NCBI GenBank assembly: GCA_949295475.1
Contig: CASFLC010000085.1
Coordinates: 1 to 41,021 of the forward strand
DNA from: an uncultured Pseudomonadota bacterium
GTDB lineage: Bacteria > Pseudomonadota > Alphaproteobacteria > RF32 > CAG-239
Length of the DNA stretch: 41,021 bases
Reading direction: 5' to 3'
Shown here piece after piece: positions 16,291-26,500 of this stretch. The notes under the pieces were generated by a model, which was not told the DNA's origin, searched no databases, and saw only the letters and a program-made list of their open reading frames with translations. The stretch's first letter is position 1. The number at the start of each line of letters is the position of its first letter. The position numbers were made by a program, and so were the translations under genes.

Positions 16291-17457
16291 ATGTCTCCGC
16301 TTGGAAAATTTACATTATCGTTTCTTGGACTGCGTTTTTTTGGCGCGGAAGGTTTTTTTGTCGGTATGTTTTTAGGCCATATGCTGATTGACCGCACGGT
16401 AGCAATTCGTCGTCTGGAAGAAGCCCTGAGCCGGGTTGACGATAATATCCGGCTGTTGCTTCCGTATAAAATTTTTCGATATTATAATCGCTTGGACGGA
16501 AATTTTTGGGGCAAGGCCTGGGGCGGCCTTTTAGGGGCTGCATTGTGGGGCGTTAACGGTTTTATTCTTTTGTTTATTGCCGGACATTTTTTGTTTGATA
16601 CGCCCAACAGCCGTCATGCCCGCCGGTATCGCCGCAAGTTTGATTTTTTCTGGGATAACAATTGGGGAAAAATCGGCGGCGCGGTTTTGGGATTTGTCTG
16701 CCAAAGCCGGGTTTTGTTGTTTGCCGGCATTATCATCGGGTTTTTTGTGGATTATTACCGGGTCGAAAAAGCCGATTTATTTCCTTTTGTGAAGCTGCGG
16801 CAGTTTTGGTACAGAGTAAATCCTCTTAAACTGTGGCGGCATTCCAAAGAGGCCCGGCATGTTTCATATCTTCAGGCAATGGCCGGACTGGCGGCCAAAG
16901 TTGCCAAGGCGGACGGCGCTGTCAGCGAAAACGAAATCAGAGTTTTTAAAAAAGTATTTGCCGTTAAAGAAGAGGATACTTCGCGCGTGGCAAAAGTTTT
17001 TAATATGGAAAAAGCCTCTTTGTCTGGTTTTGAGGGCTATGCCGGACAGCTTAAAATTTTGACCGAGGGCAAGCTTCCGCTCAAGGAAAGCGTTATTGAC
17101 AATTTGTTTAAGATTGCCGCCGCAGACGGAAAGGTTACGGAGGCAGCTTTGGAAATTTTGTGTAAGATTGCGAAGATTATTGAGTGTCCTCAGGGTAATT
17201 TTGAAGTTATCCGCGATATTTATCTGCCCCGGGCCGCGGATGAGCCTCTGCAAAGTTTTTATGATGTGCTGGGGGTGTTGTGCAATGCCAGCGAGGCGGA
17301 AATAAAAAAACGCTGGAAAATGCTGATTGTGCAGTATCATCCCGACCGTTTGCAGGCCAAAGGGGCTTCCTCGGAAGAAATTGAGGAGGCAACCCAGAAA
17401 ATGGCGGAAATCAATAATGCTTATGAAATGATTCTCAAGTCGAGGAGAAAAGTCTGA
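16291..17457 (+). CDS. DjlA-like membrane co-chaperone (TerB-like domain and C-terminal J domain) with an extended N-terminus
   Basis: AKVAKADGAVSENEI, IAAADG, C-terminal QYHPDRLQAKG..KMAEINNAYE. Confidence 0.9.
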   Translation: MSPLGKFTLSFLGLRFFGAEGFFVGMFLGHMLIDRTVAIRRLEEALSRVDDNIRLLLPYKIFRYYNRLDGNFWGKAWGGLLGAALWGVNGFILLFIAGHFLFDTPNSRHARRYRRKFDFFWDNNWGKIGGAVLGFVCQSRVLLFAGIIIGFFVDYYRVEKADLFPFVKLRQFWYRVNPLKLWRHSKEARHVSYLQAMAGLAAKVAKADGAVSENEIRVFKKVFAVKEEDTSRVAKVFNMEKASLSGFEGYAGQLKILTEGKLPLKESVIDNLFKIAAADGKVTEAALEILCKIAKIIECPQGNFEVIRDIYLPRAADEPLQSFYDVLGVLCNASEAEIKKRWKMLIVQYHPDRLQAKGASSEEIEEATQKMAEINNAYEMILKSRRKV

Positions 17458-18173
17458 TGGCCGAAAATCTTCTCCCTTATTTTGACGCGCGTCGTACGCC
17501 GGTTGATATGCTGATTTTGCATTGCAGTGCTTTTCCGGCGGCACAGTTGACGGAGATTTTGAGGCGTTACCGCTGCAGTTGCCATTATATTGTTGATTTG
17601 GATGGTTCGCTGCTTCGGGGTGTTGAGGAAGATAAAAGCGCATGGCATGCCGGAGTCGGTTACTGGCGGGGAAACGCCGAAAATTTAAATTCCCGTTCAA
17701 TCGGCGTTGAAGTCTGCAATATGTCTTTGGGGCAATCTGAGTATGACGAACGGCAGGTTGCCACGGTTATTTCTCTTTGCCGGGAAATTATCGAGCGTTA
17801 CGGGATTGACGCCGTTAATGTTGTTGGTCATTCGGATATAGCGCCGCAGCGAAAAGCAGATCCGGGCAGAGCTTTTCCGTGGGAGAGACTGGCCCGGGAG
17901 GGAATAGGCCGATGGTTTCGGTTGAGCGATGCCGATAAAATGGCGGAAAACGATGCCGCCGTTCTGTTGCAGACAATTGGGTATGATACCCGGAATGAAG
18001 CGGCCTTTAAAGCGTCGGCTTATGCTTTTTGCAGGCGTTTTTTGCCGAAGTATGCGTCGGCAAATAAAGAAATTTCAAAGTTGGTTGAAAATGTTTTGCC
18101 GGATAGTTTTGATTTTATACAAGAAGATGATTTTCTCAATACTTTGAAAGCTGCGGCCTTTGCCTATAGATAG
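17457..18173 (+). CDS. N-acetylmuramoyl-L-alanine amidase (Amidase_2, AmiD/AmpD-like)
   Basis: LILHC, SCHYIV, AWHAGV, SIGVE, GHSDIAPQRKADPG; TGATG overlap with the djlA-like gene. Confidence 0.92.
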   Translation: MAENLLPYFDARRTPVDMLILHCSAFPAAQLTEILRRYRCSCHYIVDLDGSLLRGVEEDKSAWHAGVGYWRGNAENLNSRSIGVEVCNMSLGQSEYDERQVATVISLCREIIERYGIDAVNVVGHSDIAPQRKADPGRAFPWERLAREGIGRWFRLSDADKMAENDAAVLLQTIGYDTRNEAAFKASAYAFCRRFLPKYASANKEISKLVENVLPDSFDFIQEDDFLNTLKAAAFAYR

Positions 18174-18625
18174 CGCATGGCATCCAAGGCTCCCTGCAAG
18201 ATGTACGCCGCGGAGGAACTGTCCAGAATGTTTTTGCGTTTGGCGCGAGACATGTCGATTTCTTTAATCAAAAAATTTTCCATGGCTTTGGAGGACAGGC
18301 GTTCGTCCCAAAAGGCATAAGGAAGAGTGATGTTTTCGGCAACTTTTTCCGCAAAGCGGCGGACGGCGGCGGCGGTTTTTCCTTCTTCGCCGTTCATTTG
18401 CAACGGCAGTCCGTAAATGATGCCGCCGGCTTCTTTGGCATTAACCAGAGCAAGAATGGCTTCCATGTCTTTTTCCCAAGAAGAGCGTAAAATTGTTTTT
18501 TGCGCCGTGGCAACCATCAGCATCGGATCCGAGGCGGCGACACCAAGGCGTTTGAGACCGTAGTCAAAACCGATAACCGCGTGAAAGGGTGGAAGGTTAT
18601 TTTTAAATTCCCGTAAATCCATCAT
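18164..18625 (-). CDS. yqgF: YqgF/RuvX pre-16S rRNA nuclease
   Basis: GFDYGLKRLGVA, YGLPLQMNG, WDERLSS, DSSSAAYILQGAL. Confidence 0.94.
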   Translation of the reverse strand: MMDLREFKNNLPPFHAVIGFDYGLKRLGVAASDPMLMVATAQKTILRSSWEKDMEAILALVNAKEAGGIIYGLPLQMNGEEGKTAAAVRRFAEKVAENITLPYAFWDERLSSKAMENFLIKEIDMSRAKRKNILDSSSAAYILQGALDAMRYL

Positions 18626-18778
18626 GTATTCCTTTAGCGGCAATTTTAGCCGAGGTTAAAATATTTTTCAACCATATAACCGAAAAGTTATGTCAAAAAA
18701 GATATCTGCTAATTGATTTTTAATAATCTGTATTTAGTATAACATTTTAAGAGTAATCTTTGATTTAAGGGAAATTTG

Positions 18779-20095
18779 ATGAAATTGAAATATATTCTGA
18801 CTCTGCTGTTGGGACTTGTGACGGCAGCTCCTGCCCGGGCCGAATTGAGAATCGATGTCAGCGGCGCAATGCGCGAACCGATGCCGATTGCTTTTCCGGA
18901 GATGATACATGACGGTTTTTTTGTCGGACAGACGGCTTCTAAAATTCGTGAAGTGGTTATGGCCGATTTGGAACGTTCGGGGTTGTTCAGAATTATTGAC
19001 GAGAACAGTTATATTCAGGAATTTTCCTCAATGGAAGAGGAACCTAAGTTTGTCGATTGGAAGGCGATTAATGCCCAAGCGTTGATTCAAAGCGCGCTGG
19101 TTGAGGCTGACAAGGAAAATCTGCGGGTGGAGTTTCGGTTATGGGACGTGTTTGCGGAAACGCAGATGAAAGGTCAGTCCTTTACGACGACCAAAGACAA
19201 TTGGCGGCGGGTGGCGCATGTTATGGCAGACGCCATTTATGAACGGCTGACCGGCGAGCAGGGATATTTTGACACGCGGATTGTTTACGTTTCCGAAACC
19301 GGGCCGGCGACGCGTCGGGTAAAACGGCTGGCTATTATGGACCAGGACGGAGAAAATCACAAGTTTTTGACTTCGGGCGCCGCCATGGCGTTGACGCCGC
19401 GTTTTTCTCCCAATCTGCAAAAAATTACTTATATGTCTTATGCCGGCAATACACCCCGGGTTTATGTGTTGGATATAGAAACCGGCGAACAGACGCTGTT
19501 GGGTAATTTTCCGGGAATGACGTTTGCACCGCGGTTTTCTCCGGACAGTTCCAAGGTTCTGTTGAGCTATGCTTCCGGCGGAAAGACCAATATTTATGAG
19601 ATGGATTTAGCTACCCGGAAAAGCAAGCAGCTGACCAGAAGCTATTCCATTGACACATCGCCGTGCTATTCTCCCGACGGCAGCAAGATTGTGTTTAACT
19701 CCGACCGTTCGGGAAATCAGCAGTTGTATGTGATGGATGCCGACGGTAGCAACGTTCAGCGTATCAGTTATGGGGCGGGACGTTATGCAACGCCGGTGTG
19801 GTCGCCGCGCGGCGATTATATCGCTTTTACAAAAATGGCCGGCGGCCAGTTTTATATCGGCGTGATGTATCCCGACGGTACCGGCGAGCGGTTATTGGCC
19901 AGCGGTTATCTGGTCGAGGGCCCGACCTGGTCGCCGAACGGACGGGTTCTGATGTATTTCCGCCAGGAAAAGGGAAGTCGCGGAAGTCAGGCGCCTGTTA
20001 AGCTGTATTCGATTGATTTGACGGGGTATAATGAGCGGCAGATTATTACGCCGGCGGATGGTTCCGATCCGGCATGGTCACCATTGCTTCCGTAG
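18779..20095 (+). CDS. tolB: Tol-Pal periplasmic beta-propeller protein TolB
   Basis: Signal peptide, [26 protein letters not shown]40 repeats ([28 protein letters not shown]). Confidence 0.96.
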   Translation: MKLKYILTLLLGLVTAAPARAELRIDVSGAMREPMPIAFPEMIHDGFFVGQTASKIREVVMADLERSGLFRIIDENSYIQEFSSMEEEPKFVDWKAINAQALIQSALVEADKENLRVEFRLWDVFAETQMKGQSFTTTKDNWRRVAHVMADAIYERLTGEQGYFDTRIVYVSETGPATRRVKRLAIMDQDGENHKFLTSGAAMALTPRFSPNLQKITYMSYAGNTPRVYVLDIETGEQTLLGNFPGMTFAPRFSPDSSKVLLSYASGGKTNIYEMDLATRKSKQLTRSYSIDTSPCYSPDGSKIVFNSDRSGNQQLYVMDADGSNVQRISYGAGRYATPVWSPRGDYIAFTKMAGGQFYIGVMYPDGTGERLLASGYLVEGPTWSPNGRVLMYFRQEKGSRGSQAPVKLYSIDLTGYNERQIITPADGSDPAWSPLLP

Positions 20096-20105
20096 ACGTT
20101 GTTCT

Positions 20106-20136
20106 AAAAAAAACGCCCTTTGGGGCGTTTTTTTTT
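20106..20136. terminator. Bidirectional intrinsic terminator
   Basis: AAAAAAAACGCCC-tttg-GGGCGTTTTTTTTT between convergent tolB and deoA. Confidence 0.88.
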
Positions 20137-20138
20137 AC

Positions 20139-21449
20139 TCAGGCAACGGTTTCGAAAATACAATCGCGATGAAGCGGGTGGGTGTCGGTAATGCTGATGT
20201 TTTTTCGCAGCGAGGCAGCAGCTCTTTCAAAGTCGTCTTCGGTTTGAGCATGGACGACTGCCAGCGGGCGGGCATCGTCGACAAAATCTCCGATTTGGCA
20301 AAAGCGCGTATAGCCGGTGGCGTAATCCAGCTTTTGTTCCGGCGTAATTCGTCCGCCTTTCAGTTCGATGATGCTGAGGCCGATGTTGCGGGTTTGCATG
20401 GCGCTGACATATCCTTCTTTTTTTGCGAAAACCGGTTTTATGACGGCTGCCTTGGGCAGGTAATGTTGCGGGCGTTCGCAGAAATCGGCCGGGCCGCCCA
20501 GCGTATGTACCATTTTGGCAAAAATTTCCAAAGCTTGTCCGGAATCCAAAGCTTTTTGCAGTTTCTTTTCAGCTTCTTGGGTGTTTGGCGCCAGGTCGGA
20601 CAAGACCAAAAGTTCTCCGCAGAGCTGCATGGTTATGCGGTGCAGGCGGGAATCGGTTTTTTCGCCTTTCAGAAAATCAACGGCCTCCAACACTTCCACC
20701 GCATTGCCGACATTACGGCCGAGAACCTGATTCATATCGGTCAGCACGGCCTTGGTTTTGGTGCCGGCGGCATTCGCGACGCCGACGATGGATTTTGCCA
20801 GCTCGCGTCCGTTTTCAATGCTGTCCATGAAAGCCCCGTTGCCGCATTTTAAATCCATAATCAGGCAATCAAGGCCGGCGGCCAGTTTTTTGGAGAGAAT
20901 TGATGCCGTTATGAGCGGCACCGATTCAACCGTAGCGCAGACGTCGCGGATGGCGTAGATTTTTTTGTCGGCGGGAGCCAGATTTCCGGTTTGGCCGATA
21001 ATGGCACAACCGACTTCTTTGACGGTTCTTACAAACAAGTCGTTGGAAGGCGTCGTCCGGTATCCGGGAATGGAATCGAATTTGTCCAGCGTGCCGCCGG
21101 TATGTCCGAGGCCGCGGCCGGAAATCATCGGTACATATCCGCCGCAAGCCGCAATCATCGGCGCCAGCATCAGGCTGATTTTGTCTCCGACGCCGCCGGA
21201 AGAATGTTTGTCAACAACAGGGCCGTTTAGCCCGCTCCAATGCAGGACGTCTCCCGAATCTCTCATATTAAGCGTCAATGCGGTGGTTTCTTCCAGGTTA
21301 AACCCGTTGAGAAAAGCGGCCATGGTAAAAGCGGCCGTTTGTGCATCGACAATGCTGCCGTCAGTTACTCCTTTAACGAAAAAGGCAATTTCTTCGGCAG
21401 TCAGTTTTTTCTTATCGCGTTTTTTGCGGATAATTTCCTGTGGAAGCAT
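20139..21449 (-). CDS. deoA: Thymidine / pyrimidine-nucleoside phosphorylase
   Basis: MLPQEIIRKKRD, DKHSSGGVGDK, SGRGLGHTGGTLDK, SILSKKLAAG. Confidence 0.96.
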   Translation of the reverse strand: MLPQEIIRKKRDKKKLTAEEIAFFVKGVTDGSIVDAQTAAFTMAAFLNGFNLEETTALTLNMRDSGDVLHWSGLNGPVVDKHSSGGVGDKISLMLAPMIAACGGYVPMISGRGLGHTGGTLDKFDSIPGYRTTPSNDLFVRTVKEVGCAIIGQTGNLAPADKKIYAIRDVCATVESVPLITASILSKKLAAGLDCLIMDLKCGNGAFMDSIENGRELAKSIVGVANAAGTKTKAVLTDMNQVLGRNVGNAVEVLEAVDFLKGEKTDSRLHRITMQLCGELLVLSDLAPNTQEAEKKLQKALDSGQALEIFAKMVHTLGGPADFCERPQHYLPKAAVIKPVFAKKEGYVSAMQTRNIGLSIIELKGGRITPEQKLDYATGYTRFCQIGDFVDDARPLAVVHAQTEDDFERAAASLRKNISITDTHPLHRDCIFETVA

Positions 21450-21450
21450 G

Positions 21451-22182
21451 TTAATATCCTTGTTTGATGGTTTCCAGAAGATTGTTGAGGACGGAACTGG
21501 CTCCGATGCGAAAATGCGCCCGGTTTATCCAGCCGGGGCCCATGACGGACTGGGCCAGCGTCAGGTATTTTTTTGCCTGCTCGGTGGTTTTGATGCCGCC
21601 GCTGGCTTTGAAGCCGACGTCAGCTTTGCTGTCGCGGATTGTTTCGAGAATGGCATTGGCGGCTTCAGGCGTGGCGGAGATTTTGGTTTTGCCGGTTGAC
21701 GTTTTGATGAAGTCGGCTTTGGCCTCGATACACATTTCGGAAACTTCACGGATACGGGTGGTGCTGCCGAGTTCGCCACTTTCTATAATGACTTTGAGCG
21801 TGTTGTCGCCGGTTTCGTCCCGGAGCATGTTCAAAAACTCCCGGCAAAAAGTGGTTTTTCCGGCCAGCCAGGCGCGGTAGGGAAAGACGGCGTCTATTTC
21901 GTCGGCGCCGCTTTTCAGGGCCCGTTTGATTTCTTTGGCCGTTGCCGTCATGTCCTCGCCGCCGGCGGGAAAGTTTACGACAGTGGCAATGCGGATATTG
22001 TCGGGCAGGTTTTGCAGAACCAGCGGAATAAATTTGGGATAAATACAGACGGCCGCGGTTTTTCCATAAGGCGTTACGGCACGAAAACACAAATCCTTGA
22101 CGGTGTCCGGCGTGTCGTTTTCGTTTAGGGAGGTTAAATCCAGCGAGTTGATTAAAATTCCGGCGGCAGTTACGTCATCCAT
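21451..22182 (-). CDS. deoC: Deoxyribose-phosphate aldolase
   Basis: LDLTSL, ATVVNFP, LKVIIESG, FIKTSTGK, GFKASGGI, FRIGASS. Confidence 0.96.
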   Translation of the reverse strand: MDDVTAAGILINSLDLTSLNENDTPDTVKDLCFRAVTPYGKTAAVCIYPKFIPLVLQNLPDNIRIATVVNFPAGGEDMTATAKEIKRALKSGADEIDAVFPYRAWLAGKTTFCREFLNMLRDETGDNTLKVIIESGELGSTTRIREVSEMCIEAKADFIKTSTGKTKISATPEAANAILETIRDSKADVGFKASGGIKTTEQAKKYLTLAQSVMGPGWINRAHFRIGASSVLNNLLETIKQGY

Positions 22183-22184
22183 GG

Positions 22185-23000
22185 TTAAATTTCTCCGATA
22201 AAATCGTTAATCAAAAGTTTGAGGCTGTTTGCCGCGGCATCGGCTTGGGACAACGTTTCCGCATGGCTTTGGGTTTGCGGGCGCATGCCGGTTCCGTAAT
22301 TGGTGATGACGGAAATTCCGAGGACCCGCATGCCGCACCAAACGGCGGCTAAGACTTCGGGAACTGTGGACATGCCGACGGCGTCGGCTCCGAGTGTTCG
22401 AAAAGCTCTGATTTCGGCGGCCGTTTCAAAGTTTGGTCCCGCAACCATCAGGTATGTTCCGTCCTGTAAGGGTATTCCCCGGCGGGAGGCGATATTTTTC
22501 AACCGGTCACGGAATTCTTTGTCATAGGCATTACTTACATCCGGAAATCTGGGGCCGAAGGCATCGTCGTTGGGGCCAATGAGCGGATTATATCCGCTGA
22601 AATTGATGTGGTCGGCAATCAGCATTAAGCTGCCGGGAGCCATTTCTTCGCGGAGGGAGCCGGCGGCGTTGGTGACAATCAGATTGCAAATTCCAAGCAG
22701 TTTAAAAGTTTTGATTACTTCGGCAATGATTTGCGGCCGGTGTCCTTCATACAGATGAAAGCGTCCCTGCATGCAGAGGACTTCGCTGCCGAGCAGGCGT
22801 CCGGAAATCAGGCATCCGGCGTGGCCGCTGACGGTGCTGTGAGGAAATCCGTCAATGTCGGCGTAGGGAATTATGATTTTGTCTTCAACATTCTCGGCGA
22901 GTGTTCCGAGCCCGCTGCCGAGGATAATCAGCGTTTGAGGCCGGCGGTTTTCCATTTTTGCACGGATTTGTTCGGCAAAGGATTTGCATAAATCAGTCAT
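22185..23000 (-). CDS. punA: Purine nucleoside phosphorylase, trimeric PunA/XapA type
   Basis: ILGSGLG, GRFHLYEG, TNAAGS, DHIN, GPNFETAAE, VGMSTVPE, SVITN. Confidence 0.93.
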   Translation of the reverse strand: MTDLCKSFAEQIRAKMENRRPQTLIILGSGLGTLAENVEDKIIIPYADIDGFPHSTVSGHAGCLISGRLLGSEVLCMQGRFHLYEGHRPQIIAEVIKTFKLLGICNLIVTNAAGSLREEMAPGSLMLIADHINFSGYNPLIGPNDDAFGPRFPDVSNAYDKEFRDRLKNIASRRGIPLQDGTYLMVAGPNFETAAEIRAFRTLGADAVGMSTVPEVLAAVWCGMRVLGISVITNYGTGMRPQTQSHAETLSQADAAANSLKLLINDFIGEI

Positions 23001-23397
23001 GGGTTAAACTTCCTTCCGTAAAACTCAGGGGGAGAAGTTCTTCAATCGTCAGGGTTTTAACGATTTTTTGCGGGGTGGCAAGGTGTATCAGCGTTTGCGG
23101 TGAGGCGAATTCTTTTATCCGCTGGCGGCAAGCGCCGCAAGGCGTAATCAGGTTTTGGCCGTCTGCCAAAATCAGAATTTCGGCAATGCGACGGTCTCCG
23201 GCGGCAGTCATGGCGGCAATGGCTCCGGCTTCGGCACAAGTGCCGACCGGATAAGAGATGTTTTCGGTGTTGCAGCCGCTGAAAAAGTGTCCTTCTTTGC
23301 TCAGCAGCGCGGCGCCGACGGGAAATTCCGAGTAGGGACAGTAAGCGTTTTGAAAAGCCCGGAGCGCCAAATTATGGAGTTTTTCCTGATTATTCAT
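22993..23397 (-). CDS. cdd: Cytidine deaminase (tetrameric type)
   Basis: AYCPYSEFPVGAA, GCNTEN, CAE, PCGACRQ, ELLP. Confidence 0.95.
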   Translation of the reverse strand: MNNQEKLHNLALRAFQNAYCPYSEFPVGAALLSKEGHFFSGCNTENISYPVGTCAEAGAIAAMTAAGDRRIAEILILADGQNLITPCGACRQRIKEFASPQTLIHLATPQKIVKTLTIEELLPLSFTEGSLTHD

Positions 23398-23510
23398 GGC
23401 TTGTCTTTCCTGATTAAAAGTTTTATTAATTATTATGCGTTATCATAAAATCAGTTTGGTAATTTTGCAAAGATTATTTATCGTTCTTGCAACCGCAAAG
23501 GAGAGGCAAA

Positions 23511-26500
23511 TTGAAAAAAGTTCTGCTGATTTTGGTGGGGTTAACAGTTCTGGCGGCAGCCGGCGCGGCAATTTATATTGCGTCGATAGACTGGAATCAG
23601 CATAAGGACAAAATTGCCGCTCAGTTTGCGCAGGCAACCGGTAAACAGATTGTTTTTGACGGGCCGATTTCTTTTAAAATTCTGCCGTCGCCGTATTTGA
23701 ACGCTTCCAATGTTAAAATTTTTAATGCTGGTCCGCGCGGCGAGCCGTTGATGGAAATCCGCAATCTGGTGGCGCGGTTGTCTTTGATGCCGTTGTTGGA
23801 GGGAAATTTTGACGTTAAACGAATGGTACTGGAAAGTCCGGTTATCAATGTTGAAGTTGACGATGACGGTCATTTGAACTGGGAACAAGGTTCGGAGAAG
23901 GAGGCAGAAGACGTTGCTGAAGCCGATATCCGTTTGAACAGCGTGGGGGTTGAAAAAGCGACTTTGAATTTTGTTTATCCCCGTTACGGTCTTGTCAGAA
24001 AAATCGATAATCTGAACGGCGAAGTCAATGCCCAGAGTCTGAAGGGGCCGTTCCGGATTGAGGGAAACTATGTGAAAGACAATGATCCTGAGGGGTTTGC
24101 CATTTCAATGGGGCGTTTGTCGGAAAGCTTTTCAACAACGCTTAATCTGGTTTTTACGCATCCCGTTTCAAAAAGTTATGTCCGGTTTGACGGCAATTTC
24201 CAACTCAGCAACAAGGTTTTGAACGGTAATGTGATTGTCGAATCCGAAAAGTTAAAGGCCTTTGTCGAAAATAATTTTAAACAGGTTGATTTTAAATCGG
24301 AATATGACTATCCGCTGGCCTTGACAACGGATATTGCCGTTAATCCCGAGCAGCTGACGCTTTCAAACATGGTGGTTAAATACGGCGAAACACAGGGCGC
24401 CGGCAGTATGATGCTGCCTTTTAACGACGGTTGGGATCGTGAAGAAGGCGCTATTAAGCCGCGGATGGACATGGCGTTTAATTTTACGGATTTTAATTTG
24501 GATCCGGTGGTTTATACGGTTCGAGAATTTATCAAAAAATACAACGATGAAAATGAAATTTATGAGCCGAATCTGCCGTTGGATATGCTGATTGATCTTA
24601 AATCGGTTCGCACGGTTTACAATGGTCAGCCGGTCAAGGATTTTGAAGCGAGTTTTGACGTGATTGACAATATTGTCAGCGTCAACAAGCTGACGGCCGT
24701 TCTTCCCGGCGATACCAACATGACGTTGCGGGGTGATGTCAGCAGTGTGGACAGCATGCCGTTTTATAATCTTGAGGCTTCATTTAATTCCAGCGATTTC
24801 CTTAAGACGCTGAACTGGATGAACATCAATCCGACGGTGGCGGCGGCTTCAACTTACCGCAAGGCTGTCGGCAACGCGAAACTTTCGGGAACATTTAATA
24901 AATTGTCCGTTTCTCCGTTTACGCTGACGATGGATAAAAGCAGCCTTTCCGGCGAGGCCGGCATTAAATTCGGGGAGCGGGTCGATGCAATGCTGGTCGC
25001 AAAGGCGGATATGATTAATTTTGACAATTACATTAATCCGCTTCCGGCCGAAGAAAAAGAGAAAAACTGGTCTCAGCGAATGTTGTATCGTTTTGCGCAG
25101 ACGGGTTTTTTGAATGATGTCGATTTGCTGGCCAATTTGCATTTCGATCTGGCTATTTACGAAAATATGCCTTTTGAAAAAGTCGATGTGCAGGCGAATC
25201 TGCTGAACGGCGTTATGGAAATTGAAAAATTGTCGGTCGGTTCGGCTGCCAACGCCCTGTTTGAAGCTTCGGGAAAATTGTCCGGTTTCGGCAAAACGCC
25301 GATTTATGAAAATATTAAATATAATTTGGCAACGGACGATGTTTCGGCGCTTGTCAACAAGTTTGAATTTCAGGTTCCCAATTTAAATTACAAACAGCTT
25401 AAAAAATTTCAGTCTAAAGGCATTATGACCGGAAATATTGACAAGACGGCCATTAAAGCGGTCTCCAAGCTTGAGAATCTGGATTTTACCTTTGGCGGGC
25501 AAATCGACCGGCGTAACGGCGAAAATTATTATAACGGGGATTTGGAAATCAGGCATCCCGATTTTGTTAAGATGGTCAATGATTTTAATCTGGCGTATAA
25601 TCCGAAGACTTATTCTTTGGGGCTGTTCAACCTGAAGACAAAGTTTATCGGAACGGCTCGTCAATTTCGAGCGAGCCCGTTGGATTTTAACATCGGATAC
25701 AGCAGTTTTTCGGGAGACGCCACTTATGATGCCGGGCAGGAACGGCCGAGTATTCTGACTAATCTTAAAATCAATAAGTTTGAAGCCGAACGGTTTATGA
25801 CCGAAGCCGCGTCCTCAGTTTCTCAGGTTCCGGCGATGAAGGCGGAAGCCGGCGGCGAGGTCGATTTCCTGAAACGTCCCGACTGGTCGTCGGCACGGTT
25901 GAATTATGATTTTTACAGACGGTTTGATCTGAGCGGCAATTTTCAGGTAGGGGATTTGTCTTATAAAGGCAAGTCTTTGAAAAATGCAGCGTTTGATCTG
26001 GCGTTGGTTAACGGAAACGCTGAATTTAAGGGGATTAAAGGAGATTATAAAGGCGGAACCCTGACGGCAGACGCGACCCTGAATATGCAGGAGAATCCGG
26101 CATTGTCGCTGACGGCTGATTTGCAAAATATTGACACCTCCGGTTTGGGGCTGAGCGGAAAGGTTTACGGCCTCAGCGGCGGGACCGGCGATTATCGTGC
26201 GGTTTTTAACGCCGATATGTCAAGTTTAGACAATGTGTTTAAAACACTTAAAGGGAATCTTGAAATTAAACTGAAAGGATTTGACGTAAAGGGTTGGAAT
26301 CTTGCCGATATCTATGCGGATATAACGACGCGTGAGACGACGGACGGGTTGGTGGCTTTGGTGAAGGATAATCTGCAAAAGGGGCGTTCGCCGTTTAAAG
26401 AGTTCAGCGGCAAACTTGATTTTCAGGACGGAAACTTTACTTTTAGCAACGCTGCGTTGAGCAACAACGGTTTGAAAATAGATGTTTACGGCGGGGGCAG

